From: Lingula anatina
Taxonomy: Eukaryota > Animalia > Brachiopoda
Length of the DNA stretch: 64,000 nt
Direction of reading: 5' to 3'
NCBI GenBank assembly: GCA_051362555.1
Contig: CM120649.1
Span: 11,346,001-11,410,000 of the forward strand
Positions 42,599 to 51,560 of this stretch are shown piece after piece. Position numbers and translations under genes: made by a program. Every line of letters begins with the position of its first letter. Position 1 is the stretch's first letter. The notes below the pieces were generated by a model, which searched no databases, had not been told where the DNA came from, and saw nothing but the letters and a program-made list of their open reading frames with translations.

Positions 42599-43220
42599 AA
42601 TATATAGTTAAAATGATAAGAAGGTAACATTTTGAATCCTGGAAATATTTTCTCTATATAAACGTATAAAACATCCAAATCTGCTACAGTAAGAAATTTA
42701 AGTCCTGTAAACACGGTTCCCCGTTCTAAATTTGTAACTTTAAGACACTCAGCTTGTGACAACGTATGGAAGTGTAGGGTTATTATACAGCTGAGACGGT
42801 GAACGGGATAATAGATCATAATTTGATCAACGGTTTTGGATATGGTCTACTTGCCACAAAAAAAAAAAAAACAAACGGAAACCGGAAATGTGTTGAAATT
42901 TCCGGAAAAATTAAAATTTTGTTATATTACAAGAATGATGTGATTTTTTTTCTTCAGTCAACAGCTAATATTGAGATACATGTAGGTATATATTGTTATA
43001 TTACGTTTTAACTCTCCTCCTGAGTATTTAAGCTAGTTATTAGTGTACTTAATAAGTGCATTTCCAACGTTTGAATTGGTATACATGTAGTAGTATTGAC
43101 TTGTTAAAAGGTACATGTATCTGCACTAATAAAGTAGATATATACATATAAAACTCTGTTCTTACCTTGACTACAGCGCACACGGAGGAACAGGAGACAC
43201 AGAAGGGTTAACCTCCACAT
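1..43220 (-). CDS. Large secreted/extracellular tandem CUB-domain protein (cubilin-like architecture, >=19 complete CUB domains), 3'-truncated by the window edge
   Basis: 58 coding exons traced with GT-AG sites and consistent phases (CUB 5' half 1->0, 3' half 0->1, linker microexons 1->1); 7163 nt in frame when the two dead exons are skipped. CUB motifs CG...I.SP.YP..Y....C.Y.I, F.LE...C.DYV, CG......L.V.FHSD.....GF.A.Y. No EGF or protease domain in the visible part, so not called CUBN or tolloid. Confidence 0.92.
667..1995 (-). CDS. CUB21 (odd type) + 27-nt microexon
   Basis: Exons 1787-1995 (SPYDPCGHVHYYNYTSG..SSDYLQ), 1013-1163 (VRNGSAMG..FLAIYCG), 667-693 (SQEECQQRL). Confidence 0.87.
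2494..3195 (-). CDS. CUB20 (even type, no extra Cys, no following microexon found)
   Basis: Exons 3005-3195 (ENPCGNTN..PDHSYVRLNF..NDFVE), 2494-2644 (VFDLVSME..GFKAIYNV). Confidence 0.87.
3266..3293. repeat. (CA)n microsatellite
   Basis: Direct reading. Confidence 0.95.
4112..5289 (-). CDS. CUB19 (odd type) + 27-nt microexon
   Basis: Exons 5093-5289, 4637-4781, 4112-4138 (SIQECRKRI). Confidence 0.87.
4340..4445. repeat. (TAC)n/(TAA)n compound microsatellite
   Basis: Direct reading; source of the spurious poly-I/L/V ORF. Confidence 0.9.
5945..7210 (-). CDS. CUB18 (even type) + 24-nt microexon
   Basis: Exons 7023-7210, 6497-6647, 5945-5968 (SAENCTVT). Confidence 0.87.
7810..8882 (-). CDS. 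CUB17 (type W) + 27-nt microexon
   Basis: Exons 8686-8882, 8139-8283, 7810-7836 (SREECRGHT). Confidence 0.88.
9408..11125 (-). CDS. CUB16 (type Z) + 24-nt microexon
   Basis: Exons 10938-11125, 10294-10444, 9408-9431 (SIGSCRLK). Confidence 0.87.
12479..13628 (-). CDS. CUB15 (type Y) + 27-nt microexon
   Basis: Exons 13432-13628, 13078-13228, 12479-12505 (SSEECQELI). Confidence 0.87.
12855..13069. mobile_element. PIF/Harbinger-like MITE, 215 bp
   Basis: Imperfect TIRs GACCCCATTCCCAGAGAT / ATCTATGGGAATAGGCCC, TTA target duplication; empty sites in paralogous introns near 33310 and 26155. Confidence 0.85.
14602..14780 (-). pseudogene. Dead type-X half-CUB exon (slot 14)
   Basis: TAG at 14686-14688, no donor after SDCSD, partner exons deleted; duplicate of 21938-22116. 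Confidence 0.85.
15099..16190 (-). CDS. CUB13 (type W, chimeric 5' exon) + 27-nt microexon
   Basis: Exons 15994-16190, 15381-15525, 15099-15125 (TIEECARQT). Confidence 0.87.
16727..18444 (-). CDS. CUB12 (type Z) + 24-nt microexon
   Basis: Exons 18257-18444, 17613-17763, 16727-16750 (SIGSCRLK). Confidence 0.87.
19816..20964 (-). CDS. CUB11 (type Y) + 27-nt microexon
   Basis: Exons 20768-20964, 20415-20565, 19816-19842 (SSEECQELI). Confidence 0.87.
20192..20406. mobile_element. PIF/Harbinger-like MITE (copy carried by the tandem duplication)
   Basis: Same sequence, position and TTA flanks as 12855-13069. Confidence 0.85.
21938..22116 (-). pseudogene. Dead type-X half-CUB exon (slot 10)
   Basis: Homologous to 29261-29448 but GAG->TAG at 22022-22024; donor, 3'-half exon and 24-nt microexon are absent; acceptor intact. 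Confidence 0.85.
22435..23526 (-). CDS. CUB9 (type W) + 27-nt microexon
   Basis: Exons 23330-23526, 22717-22861, 22435-22461 (TIEECARQT). Confidence 0.88.
23996..25388 (-). CDS. CUB8 (type Z) + 24-nt microexon
   Basis: Exons 25201-25388, 24637-24787, 23996-24019 (SIGDCRLK). Confidence 0.88.
25814..26746 (-). CDS. CUB7 (type Y) + 27-nt microexon
   Basis: Exons 26550-26746, 26161-26311, 25814-25840 (STDECQELI). Confidence 0.88.
28085..29448 (-). CDS. CUB6 (type X) + 24-nt microexon
   Basis: Exons 29261-29448, 28581-28728, 28085-28108 (STKDCQMP). Confidence 0.88.
29758..30836 (-). CDS. CUB5 (type W) + 27-nt microexon
   Basis: Exons 30640-30836, 30040-30184, 29758-29784 (TTEECARQT). Confidence 0.88.
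31319..32565 (-). CDS. CUB4 (type Z) + 24-nt microexon
   Basis: Exons 32378-32565, 31987-32137 (weak AAG acceptor), 31319-31342 (SIGDCRLK). Confidence 0.83.
32998..33872 (-). CDS. CUB3 (type Y) + 27-nt microexon
   Basis: Exons 33676-33872, 33317-33467, 32998-33024 (STDECQELI). Confidence 0.88.
35243..37016 (-). CDS. CUB2 (type X) + 24-nt linker microexon
   Basis: Exons 36829-37016 (NPCSGGNF..SDYID), 35860-36007 (IVDPISG..GFQATFN), 35243-35266 (STKDCQMP). Confidence 0.88.
36597..36763. mobile_element. MITE with CAGGCCCGTAG TIRs and 5-bp TSD (hAT5-like)
   Basis: CAGGCCCGTAG...CTACGGGCCTG, flanks GTCAT/GACAT; empty site with a single GTCAT at 29196-29200; second copy at 46246. Confidence 0.88.
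37328..40048 (-). CDS. CUB1 (odd type) + 27-nt linker microexon
   Basis: Exons 39867-40048 (CGGTFTAGHGTIATPNYP..CHDYVD), 39442-39592 (IKSESSGG..FLAVYCG), 37328-37354 (TIQECTEQI). Confidence 0.88.
38064..38835. mobile_element. Foldback-like non-autonomous DNA transposon with ~140-bp modular TIRs
   Basis: GTTACAACCCACTTTGAAAAAATTACG... mirrored at ...CGTAATTTTTTCAAAGTGGGTTGTAAC; arms built of TTCAAAT(C/T)GCGT / ACGC(A/G)ATTTGAA subrepeats; flanks TGGAGCAT/TAGAGCAT (7/8). Confidence 0.85.
39247..39327. repeat. (TG)n microsatellite
   Basis: Direct reading. Confidence 0.95.
43166..43220 (-). CDS. First coding exon: signal peptide MWRLTLLCLLFLRVRCSQ
   Basis: ATG at 43220, hydrophobic core, donor AAG|GTAAGA, phase 1, joins CUB1 in frame (SQ-ACGGTF). 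A good acceptor (tttttgtatctcacgcgttcctacag|) at 43326 suggests an upstream UTR exon. Confidence 0.8.
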
Positions 43221-44834
43221 ACTGCTGTGATTCTTAAATCTCTTCTCATCTACGCCAGTCAGTGATACTCGAAAGGCAATCAGCGTTCGTTTTTTATCAT
43301 CTGCTTTTAAGTCTTCTTCATTTGTTCTGTAGGAACGCGTGAGATACAAAAAAATAATAATAGGCCTAAGTACAGGTATCTGTCTGTTTGCTTCCCTGCT
43401 TTAATTATTCACCAAAAATCAATGTTTGTATTGAAATGTTCTCCTCTGCGATTCTCCTTGAACTTGTCAAAAAACATCTCTCACCCAGGCTGACTTATGC
43501 CTCAAGAAAGCCAAAATGATTTTTTTCCTCGTCACCTTACCCTTGCCCTATAAAGATGCACCCTTCCTTTCAATATTGAAAATGTGATGATCGATCTCAT
43601 TTCGCATTATTCCCTAGGCTTGTATGTCTAACGAAAACGTGAGCATTATTTGCACTCACATAATAAAACTGATGACCCCTGCACCGCCGTTATTTTGATT
43701 GAGTGAGAAAAATATTTGACAAAACTGAAAAAACGATATCTCCGAAAACAGGAAGGAGGGCATTTATCGAAATACGCTATTCATCTCCAAAAACAAAGTC
43801 TAAATGAAATCTTGTACCTTGGCCGTCTATTTACTGAAGTGGTTCGACGTTTCTTTACACGTATTTAAATGTCTACAAATCCTGTTGTTCTAAGACGGAA
43901 TGTTTTGCTTACCTCCACAGGTTCTATTTGTCTTGGTCTGGACATCTGGAGTGACTCTCATCCTCCGTTGTAGTGTCAATATGCTATGGATAACACTGTG
44001 ACTCCACACTATGAGTGGTGGAGATGCTGCCTCAAGGTAGAGATTCTCAGAAACAGCTGTCTTTTTTTTCATACAAAAAGATATATTTGTCCAATACCTG
44101 GTAAGGTAGCAATGAGGTAAATATAAACACTCAAAATGTTTGAGAAGAAATGTGCTTGTTATCTTTGCTCTAGGCAGGAGACTGGTATGTTTTTTGTTAA
44201 TGTGTTCCTTTTTTCTTTAATAAAATAAATAAGTAATGATGTCAATCTACCGTTATTCCATTGAGAATATTCCGTAGATATTGTAAGGGTAAATGAAAAA
44301 AAAAAACAATAATTTAATGAGCAACTAAAATATTAAGATAATAGATAACTAGTACAAGGTAAAATTAAGTACTAGTCAAACATCAGTTATTAATTTTTTA
44401 AAAATAAAGTTTTTAGTACTTTTTTAATCGTCGTCAGACTCAAGTTTTTAAACAGAGTGGGAGACTGTTCCATTCGTTTTGCCCGTGGACTTGTAAAGCT
44501 AGATCGCCATGGGTTTTCAGTCTGGCATAACATGGTGTCAGCAATAACTGATCTACATGTAGTGATCTTAAATTACGTATGTTTTGGAGTATAATGTTTC
44601 AGTAGGTAAGAGGGGGCTGATTGATGATAAAATTCTGAATAAGATACGTGGTCTAAAAAGGAGCCAATGCAACTGTTTAAGACCGATGCAATGTGATTTT
44701 CCCTGGGTACGCGGGTTAAAAGGCGAGCTGAAATGTTCTGAAACCGCTGCAATTTGTTTATCCGTTTCCCGGTGCTGCTATAGAGTGAAGAGTTGCAGTA
44801 ATCTAAACGAGTATCACTGTATCTTTAATTGTTG

Positions 44835-45054
44835 CTGCAGAGGATTGATCCAAGTTATTTCGAATAGCACCGATGTTTCTGATGTTGAAAAATACATGAT
44901 TGAGTAGCATTTGCTAGCGTACAGTACAGTTGCAGTTATCAAAACGAGAGGAACCATCACCTGTATAACAGTGGCTGCAGAGGATTGATCCAAGTAATTT
45001 TGAATAGAATCAATGTTTGTGACGTTGAAAATGCATGATTGAGTAACATTGCTA
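44835..45054. repeat. Diverged direct repeat, two ~80-bp copies ~139 bp apart
   Basis: GCTGCAGAGGATTGATCCAAGT...CATGATTGAGTA at ~44835 and ~44974. Confidence 0.85.
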
Positions 45055-46245
45055 TTTGTCTGATCATAGAGGGTGTACAGTCGAAGTAGACACCAAGCTT
45101 TTTTTTTTATAACTTTCGGAAGGGGATTCACAACTTTGGTCCCTACTGATAACTGAGGTTGGAGTTTCGTCACAAGTCTTTGAAAAAAGTTAGGACAAAA
45201 TTAACTGAAACTATAGTAAGAGCATAGCAAAGTTTTATAGGAGTTTAATTTGCAGAGATTATAAATCCACTACGGGAGGAAAAATAAATCGCTTTGGAAA
45301 ATAAACTGAAATGACAGTGTTTAATAGGAATCAGCTTATTCTGCCACCTTTTTGGCACGAATTAATTCTTAAAATCGGATTCAAACTTTCAAAAACGCCG
45401 TAATCGATATCTAAAAAATTAAAAGTATGAACACTGGCAATGCATTGTAAGCAACATACATGTATTTCATTTACAAATGACAAAAAACCTAGTGACCAAA
45501 GAGAGGTGTTTCCTTTCAGCTCATGGCATTATTATTATTTGTATTTGTGTGTTAACATTTGAAAAGACAGCTTTCTTCGCCATAGTTATATTCAGGCGTG
45601 TTTGAGAAACGCAGGAAGACAAAAGAAAAAAAATTAAAATATATTGGAATGAACAACTGATGTTCATAACTTCCTTGCATTGACCCTAGCCGTTATTATA
45701 ATTTATTAACAGCGTAACTCTTCTAGTAAATCTAGCAATTTCAAAAGTATTTTTAAAGCAATCTTTCATAAATAAATGAAAAAGAAATGATATTTCTAAC
45801 ACCATTTGGATCTCAGTGAGATGAGTTTACTATGAAGAGTAATTAATATAAAGATTTCTTGCAGCGACAAAAATGTAAATAAATAGAATAAATGAACAAA
45901 TAAAATAATACAAGACTAAAAATAATACAAAAATCAATTCAGTAATCGCGATGATCTAGTGGTGGACCAGTGGGTCACGTGCCTACCCCCTCCCCTCGCA
46001 TTGTTTGCAAGGAATCCTTTGCTCTCTTTTTCTCTTCCAGTGCAATAGTATAACGAACAGAATGAAACAAACCAATCTGTTTTCTTCTCTGAGCCTACAT
46101 GTGAAATCCTCCTTGTCCAGTATCCTCTGATAGGGGCACCTAAAACAGTGTACAGAATTGCAGTGCCACAGAACATTTTTGTAACAGACCACTAACGCAC
46201 CCTGTGATCAGAGAGTACTCGTCTACTATTATATTTCTATAGTAT

Positions 46246-46413
46246 CAGGCCCGTAGCCAGAGGGGGTTCGGGGGGTTCGAAAGAACCACCCTTTTTGCTG
46301 GGAAAAGGTTCACTCTGGGTAAAATTTGATCTATGTACTTGAGGATTTTATGGTAAAAGGTCCACTTTTTCAGAAAACGAACCCCCCCTCTGAAATTGCT
46401 GGCTACAGGCCTG
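46246..46413. mobile_element. MITE with CAGGCCCGTAGCCAG TIRs and 5-bp TSD (hAT5-like)
   Basis: AGTAT|CAGGCCCGTAGCCAG...CTGGCTACAGGCCTG|AGTAT; internal sequence matches 36597-36763. Confidence 0.9.
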
Positions 46414-46444
46414 AGTATATTTGTATATCTATGTCCTCGTCTTA

Positions 46445-46696
46445 GGCTTCGTTCACATGCAATGTCTATTTTCTATTTTCTATTTTCTATTTTCGGTATG
46501 TCTTATGATCACGGTCTGTGCACTGAATATCCCGCGGCGTAATTACTGGCAGCGCGAGCCAGTTACTATAAGTTACTATAAGTAACTGGCTCGCGCTGCC
46601 AGTAATTACGCGGCGGGATATTCAGTGCACAGACCGTGATCATAAGACATACCGAAAATAGAAAATAGAAAATAGACATTGCATGTGAACGAAGCC
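46445..46696. mobile_element. Fully palindromic MITE, Harbinger-like ends
   Basis: GGCTTCGTTCACATGC...GCATGTGAACGAAGCC; arms of ~120 bp complementary except one TCTATT unit and one mismatch; flanked by TTA/TAA. Confidence 0.88.
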
Positions 46697-47604
46697 TAAG
46701 TATACTGCAAAATCTTGGGTCTACCGATGGAGGATTTATTGGTATGTGAAGATATCTTGCCAACGTAATAGTACTCACAATTTGCGGATATATTGGCCAA
46801 ATTAACACCAGCCCAATATGTCACGTAGTGTTCTGTAATGATCATGCAAGCAAGGGGATTCACTGTTTTCCACCTTTCTTTCGATCCTTCTCACATTTAG
46901 CGGTTGTAAAGTGCGCGCAGAGGTCTTTAAAGATAGGTTCAGATGACAAACTAATAGGGCGTTATCATGCATGGTCAATTAGATTTAGACCACGTACTTC
47001 GGTTAGGTATTTCGAATTCCGTGCCAACGAGGAAGCAGCAGCATCTGTGAAATACGTCAAAGATTTCAGCAACACGAGATGTTGATTTCGCCATTAAAAC
47101 AATAATTACCATATTGCCCGCAAAAACGCTAAAATTGTCGTGCCTTTCTCTTAATTCTGTCTTGGTGTGAAAGGTAAATCATGAGATAACGTGTGTGCAG
47201 CAATTTTCAAGGTATAACTTGTAAATGTGCCATTTCCGGTCGTGAGTTTGAAATAAATACAAAGATAATAATTGAAGCCGACACAGGCGATTTTACATAA
47301 ACTTTGTCTTCACCAGCAAATATCAAGTTGGAAAACGATGAAGTGTTGCTTAATAATCACCCAAGATATCAATTGGGGGAAGGTTGAAAGTTTCGAAAGA
47401 AGCCTCCCAAAATGTATGATAATTTTTTTATCACCATCCTTAATATAAAACACCCCCTGTTTTCTATATACCATGAAGCAATAAATTAAAATATATATAA
47501 AATTTGATTTCAAAACAATATCTTATTCAAACCCTTAACAGAAGGCCAAGTGGAAGATAAGTGTTCACTTAACATGTTTTGCCCTCTTAAGATAAAGTTT
47601 TTAA

Positions 47605-47665
47605 TTAATAATAATAATAATTATTATTATTATTGGAATCTCTCCAGCTCTAAGATGTTCTCCTG

Positions 47666-47717
<52 letters not shown>

Positions 47718-47722
47718 TTCTT

Positions 47723-47753
<31 letters not shown>

Positions 47754-47867
47754 GTGTCATCTGCTTCCTGCAGCTTGGACACCGCTTTTTTTTCGCAATA
47801 TGTGAACTGTTCCAAGTAAGGCCGACGATTGTGCACTTCCAACAACAACAACAACAACAATAATGTC

Positions 47868-47900
<33 letters not shown>
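47605..47900. repeat. Cluster of (TAA)/(TTAT)/(TG)/(CAA)/(TAT) microsatellites
   Basis: Direct reading. Confidence 0.9.
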
Positions 47901-47901
<1 letters not shown>

Positions 47902-48820
47902 GCAATTCTCATCGCACTTCACAACAACGAATCCCTTAACACACAATTAACAAGAACATGAAACAATTCCGAAATAATAAAACACGTGCTTTTCTTTGTC
48001 AGATAGTAGGCCTACCTAGAAACAGGATTAAACAGGAAAAATTGCTTCATGTAAACTAGGATCCGAGACCGGATCTTAGGTGGAAATAAATATTTCAAGT
48101 TGTTTTTCACTCGAAAGGCATTTCAGTTCGTTTGGTCACGTTGCGTTGACTGCTTTCAGAACACCGTCTTGTCGTCGCTTTTGGTCATTATTATTCTTAA
48201 TCATCTGAGTCCTTCACATGCAGCACGAAAGATTGAAAGTGTGGATTGGGTTATTGTGTAACAAGTGATTTAGTGGTTGTAATTACATGCATCTCGTTGT
48301 GATCGCAACCGGAAATTCAAACTTTCAACAGTTTTCAAGTAAACAGGTTTGGGTAAATTTCCAATAAATAGCTGAGATTCTTCCCTCAAACTGCAAAGAA
48401 GGTCCACGCCATCGTGGGTTGAAGACGGACAGATTGTTTTTTCTGGAAGCTGGAAGCAAGGTAAAAGACAAGTTGATTTTTTCTTTATATTTCTTTGTGT
48501 GATTTCTTAGCGATGATCTTTTTTTTATTTTTCACGAAGGAATGTTTTCATGAAACATTTGCAGAAGAGTTGATAGTTTTAAACTCAGAACTTTCTTAAA
48601 AGGCATATTTACGTTCGGTAAAGTACTAGTAATGGTCGACCGTCATACTCATAATTTTAATATCATTCAAAAAGTCTTGGGGGAAATGAGTTAAACAAAA
48701 CTTGAGGGACCCTGATTAAAGAAAAGTAGGCCTATGGATCTGTGTAAAGAAATAACTGCTTTCGTAGTTGTTGTTTATAAATAGACACTGGTTACGACCA
48801 GCATAATGTGCTCCAGTATT

Positions 48821-48822
<2 letters not shown>

Positions 48823-48862
<40 letters not shown>
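48823..48862. repeat. (TA)n microsatellite
   Basis: Direct reading. Confidence 0.95.
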
Positions 48863-48865
<3 letters not shown>

Positions 48866-49827
48866 TCTTAGGTTGTTAAAGTTCCCTCCAGAAATACAGT
48901 GCTGTACATGTACTGAAGTTGATATCGATGACTTCGCAGACCACGAACTTTCGACTCCCACACACAATTGTAATACCCTTTTAAGTTTTCCAGTCGCAAA
49001 GTTTAAACGATCGGTGTATCAAGGTCAAGGTCAAAGTGGAAACATTCTTTCAAAAAAGTTCAACTTGAAAGTTACATCCAAAACAACCAACAAGAGTTCC
49101 ATGACGTGGCCGTACAGTGTATTGTACTAGTATACACGGGCAGCCATATGCCAAAGTGCGTTTCGCTTTGTACATGTACCTGTATAGGCCTATTTACGTG
49201 TACAGGGAGGACGCTAAAGATACTAACAACACTGGTCAGAAATACCTGAATGAACAGGATACTGTTTCAAGCCTGTTTCGACAGTTGAAAGATTTTTTGG
49301 TTAAATAGGCCTAGTGATATGTGTTCCAACACTGCTCAGTGATTTTCCCTGAATTTGTTTGATTAAATCTAAAACCGCATGTTATTTATTGTTTGTTATA
49401 AGTCGATGTAAGATTGGTAAATGCTGATTAAAGGATAGAGAATTAAAACCTGAGATAATTCCAAAACATTTACATAAATCGGATCAATTACCTTCACCTT
49501 TTCTATTTTTAGTATTTTTAAATAACCTGGAGGAACTTGTAATGGAAAAAGACGTTACAAGCCTATCATTTGTATCAGATGATCTAGAGTCGATTATAAT
49601 GTTTACAGATGATAAAATGTTCTCGTTGCAGATTCAAATAAAATGTGTTATATCAACTTAACTGCTTATTTTCAAACTGTATGATGTGGAAGTTAAAAGT
49701 AGGTGTTGAAAAAACGAAAATAAAAGTGGTTCTACTTATCTATAACAAATTTATGCAGGGACGTGAATGCAAGTGGATAAGATGTGAATGTAACAATAAT
49801 TATAATTATAATCTGTATATGGGTGTA

Positions 49828-49830
<3 letters not shown>

Positions 49831-49881
<51 letters not shown>
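49831..49881. repeat. (ATT)n microsatellite
   Basis: Direct reading. Confidence 0.95.
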
Positions 49882-49882
<1 letters not shown>

Positions 49883-50310
49883 GCACCAACAATAGGAGCA
49901 GCCACAAGTTACCGCAAGCACAGCCAAATGTGCTTCAATTTTAGCCATCACTATGCATTCATGCAATGAGAAGTTAGCCTGATCCAGCATCTTTGATATT
50001 GATACTGGGTGCCAGATCTTTTTTAACTTCGATATGTGAACTCTAATAAACGCAGTGAAAAATTGATCAAATTTTCATTTATGGCATGCAGTGTACATTT
50101 CTCCAAAATTGGCACCATGCCCTGTTCAGTGAAAATGAAAACATTCATGCTTACGTTTATAACATTAAAAAAGAGAATATGAAAAATACATCTATTTAGA
50201 CACTGGTTAACGACAAAGAGAAAAAAATGTGAAACACTTACATAATTTCTCCAACATTACCTCGAGGTCACGTGGAGAAAATCGTGTTCCGTTTGGAAAG
50301 TAATCGCATG

Positions 50311-51078
50311 GAGCCCCTTATATCTCAGTACAGTTGCCGCAAGCCTTTTGTCCGGCTTCAGTGAAGATTGACACCTTAGCTTGCCGGTGCAGCCCCCTAC
50401 GATTTTTTTTCAACCTTCTAGTCAAATTAAGAAAATCTACCATTTCCCATTCATGCAAATGAATTACACCAAGGCTTTGTGCAAACTCCTTGATTACACT
50501 AACATTTAAACACTTTAACTATTCTTCTGCCTCCTAATCCACAAATAAGGAAGGGAAAGAAACCAACAACCATTATCACGATCACCGCAAGTTCACCGAA
50601 CAATGCCCTTGCGGGAACAATGGCATCCACTATATAGTTACGGCCTGAGGGCTTACGATTAAAAAAACACGTTTGTCAAAAGTTTCAGCTTGAAAAATTG
50701 TAGAGGCTACGGAGGCCGTGAATCCATACGATTTCGTACGATTTCGCACGGTTTCTGCCTCCGAACAGACACGAAAAGGGATTTATGACAGTTTACGAGC
50801 ATGAAACGGTTTACGGGTTGTCGTGGACCATTTGCAGCGTATTTGCGCGCTTATATATCCTCATGTTATTCCTCATGCTGTTATTTTCCCTGTCCTGCCA
50901 ATTTCGCCTTTGATGGTTTTAGGAAGCGTAATAATAGTTAAATGTCTTAAATTCTTTTGAGCTTGAAGTTGTGCGTCCCCTTGATATTTTGATGTAAGTG
51001 GTCAAACGCACGGGGGCTGCACCGACAGCGCATCAGCTAGGACACTGATCGTCAACTGCGCAGTGGCTGAGAGGGCTC
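50311..51078. mobile_element. Degraded TIR element remnant
   Basis: Patchy inverted similarity: GAGCCC..CAGTTG..CGGTGCAGCCCCC on the left, GGGGGCTGCACCG..CAACTG..GGGCTC on the right; internal TACGAT subrepeats; no TSD seen. Confidence 0.4.
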
Positions 51079-51085
51079 AGTATAT

Positions 51086-51123
51086 ACTAAGATCTAATAA
51101 ACAGATGTTTATTAGATCTTAGT
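51086..51123. repeat. Perfect 18-bp-arm palindrome
   Basis: ACTAAGATCTAATAAACA-GA-TGTTTATTAGATCTTAGT. Confidence 0.9.
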
Positions 51124-51560
51124 TTCAACCGACAAACCGATCTTTCACGACATGACCTTAAGGTCATGTGGGAGAAATGAAACGGTGGCTGTATGAAATG
51201 AAGACATACTAAGCGTAGCCAAAAGCCTCGTACGATGTCAAAAAAAAAAAAAAATCGTACTGACAATCGTATACGATTTCATCGCACCGCGCCCCTGGCA
51301 ATTATAATCTAGGCTTTAAAATAGTCCTGGTACTCCAATCTACGAAGACTGTCCGCTTCTTATCCACAAATCACCCTTACATTTTTAAAGCTCCAAGGAG
51401 AGGAGCGGTGAGTATAGGTATAAAAACTACTTACGTATTTCAAATAACTACTAAAAACTACTACTACGTATTTGAAGCGATGCTAAGTTGAAATATATTT
51501 AATTTAGGATCAGGTGAATAAAGACGAGAAGAAGATCTGGGACCAAATAAATAGCGCACC

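Noticed and set aside
1-43220. Calling the gene cubilin (CUBN), tolloid/BMP1 or EBR1
   Set aside because: The signal peptide leads directly into CUB1; no EGF, astacin or TSP1 domains in view, and the C-terminus is outside the window.
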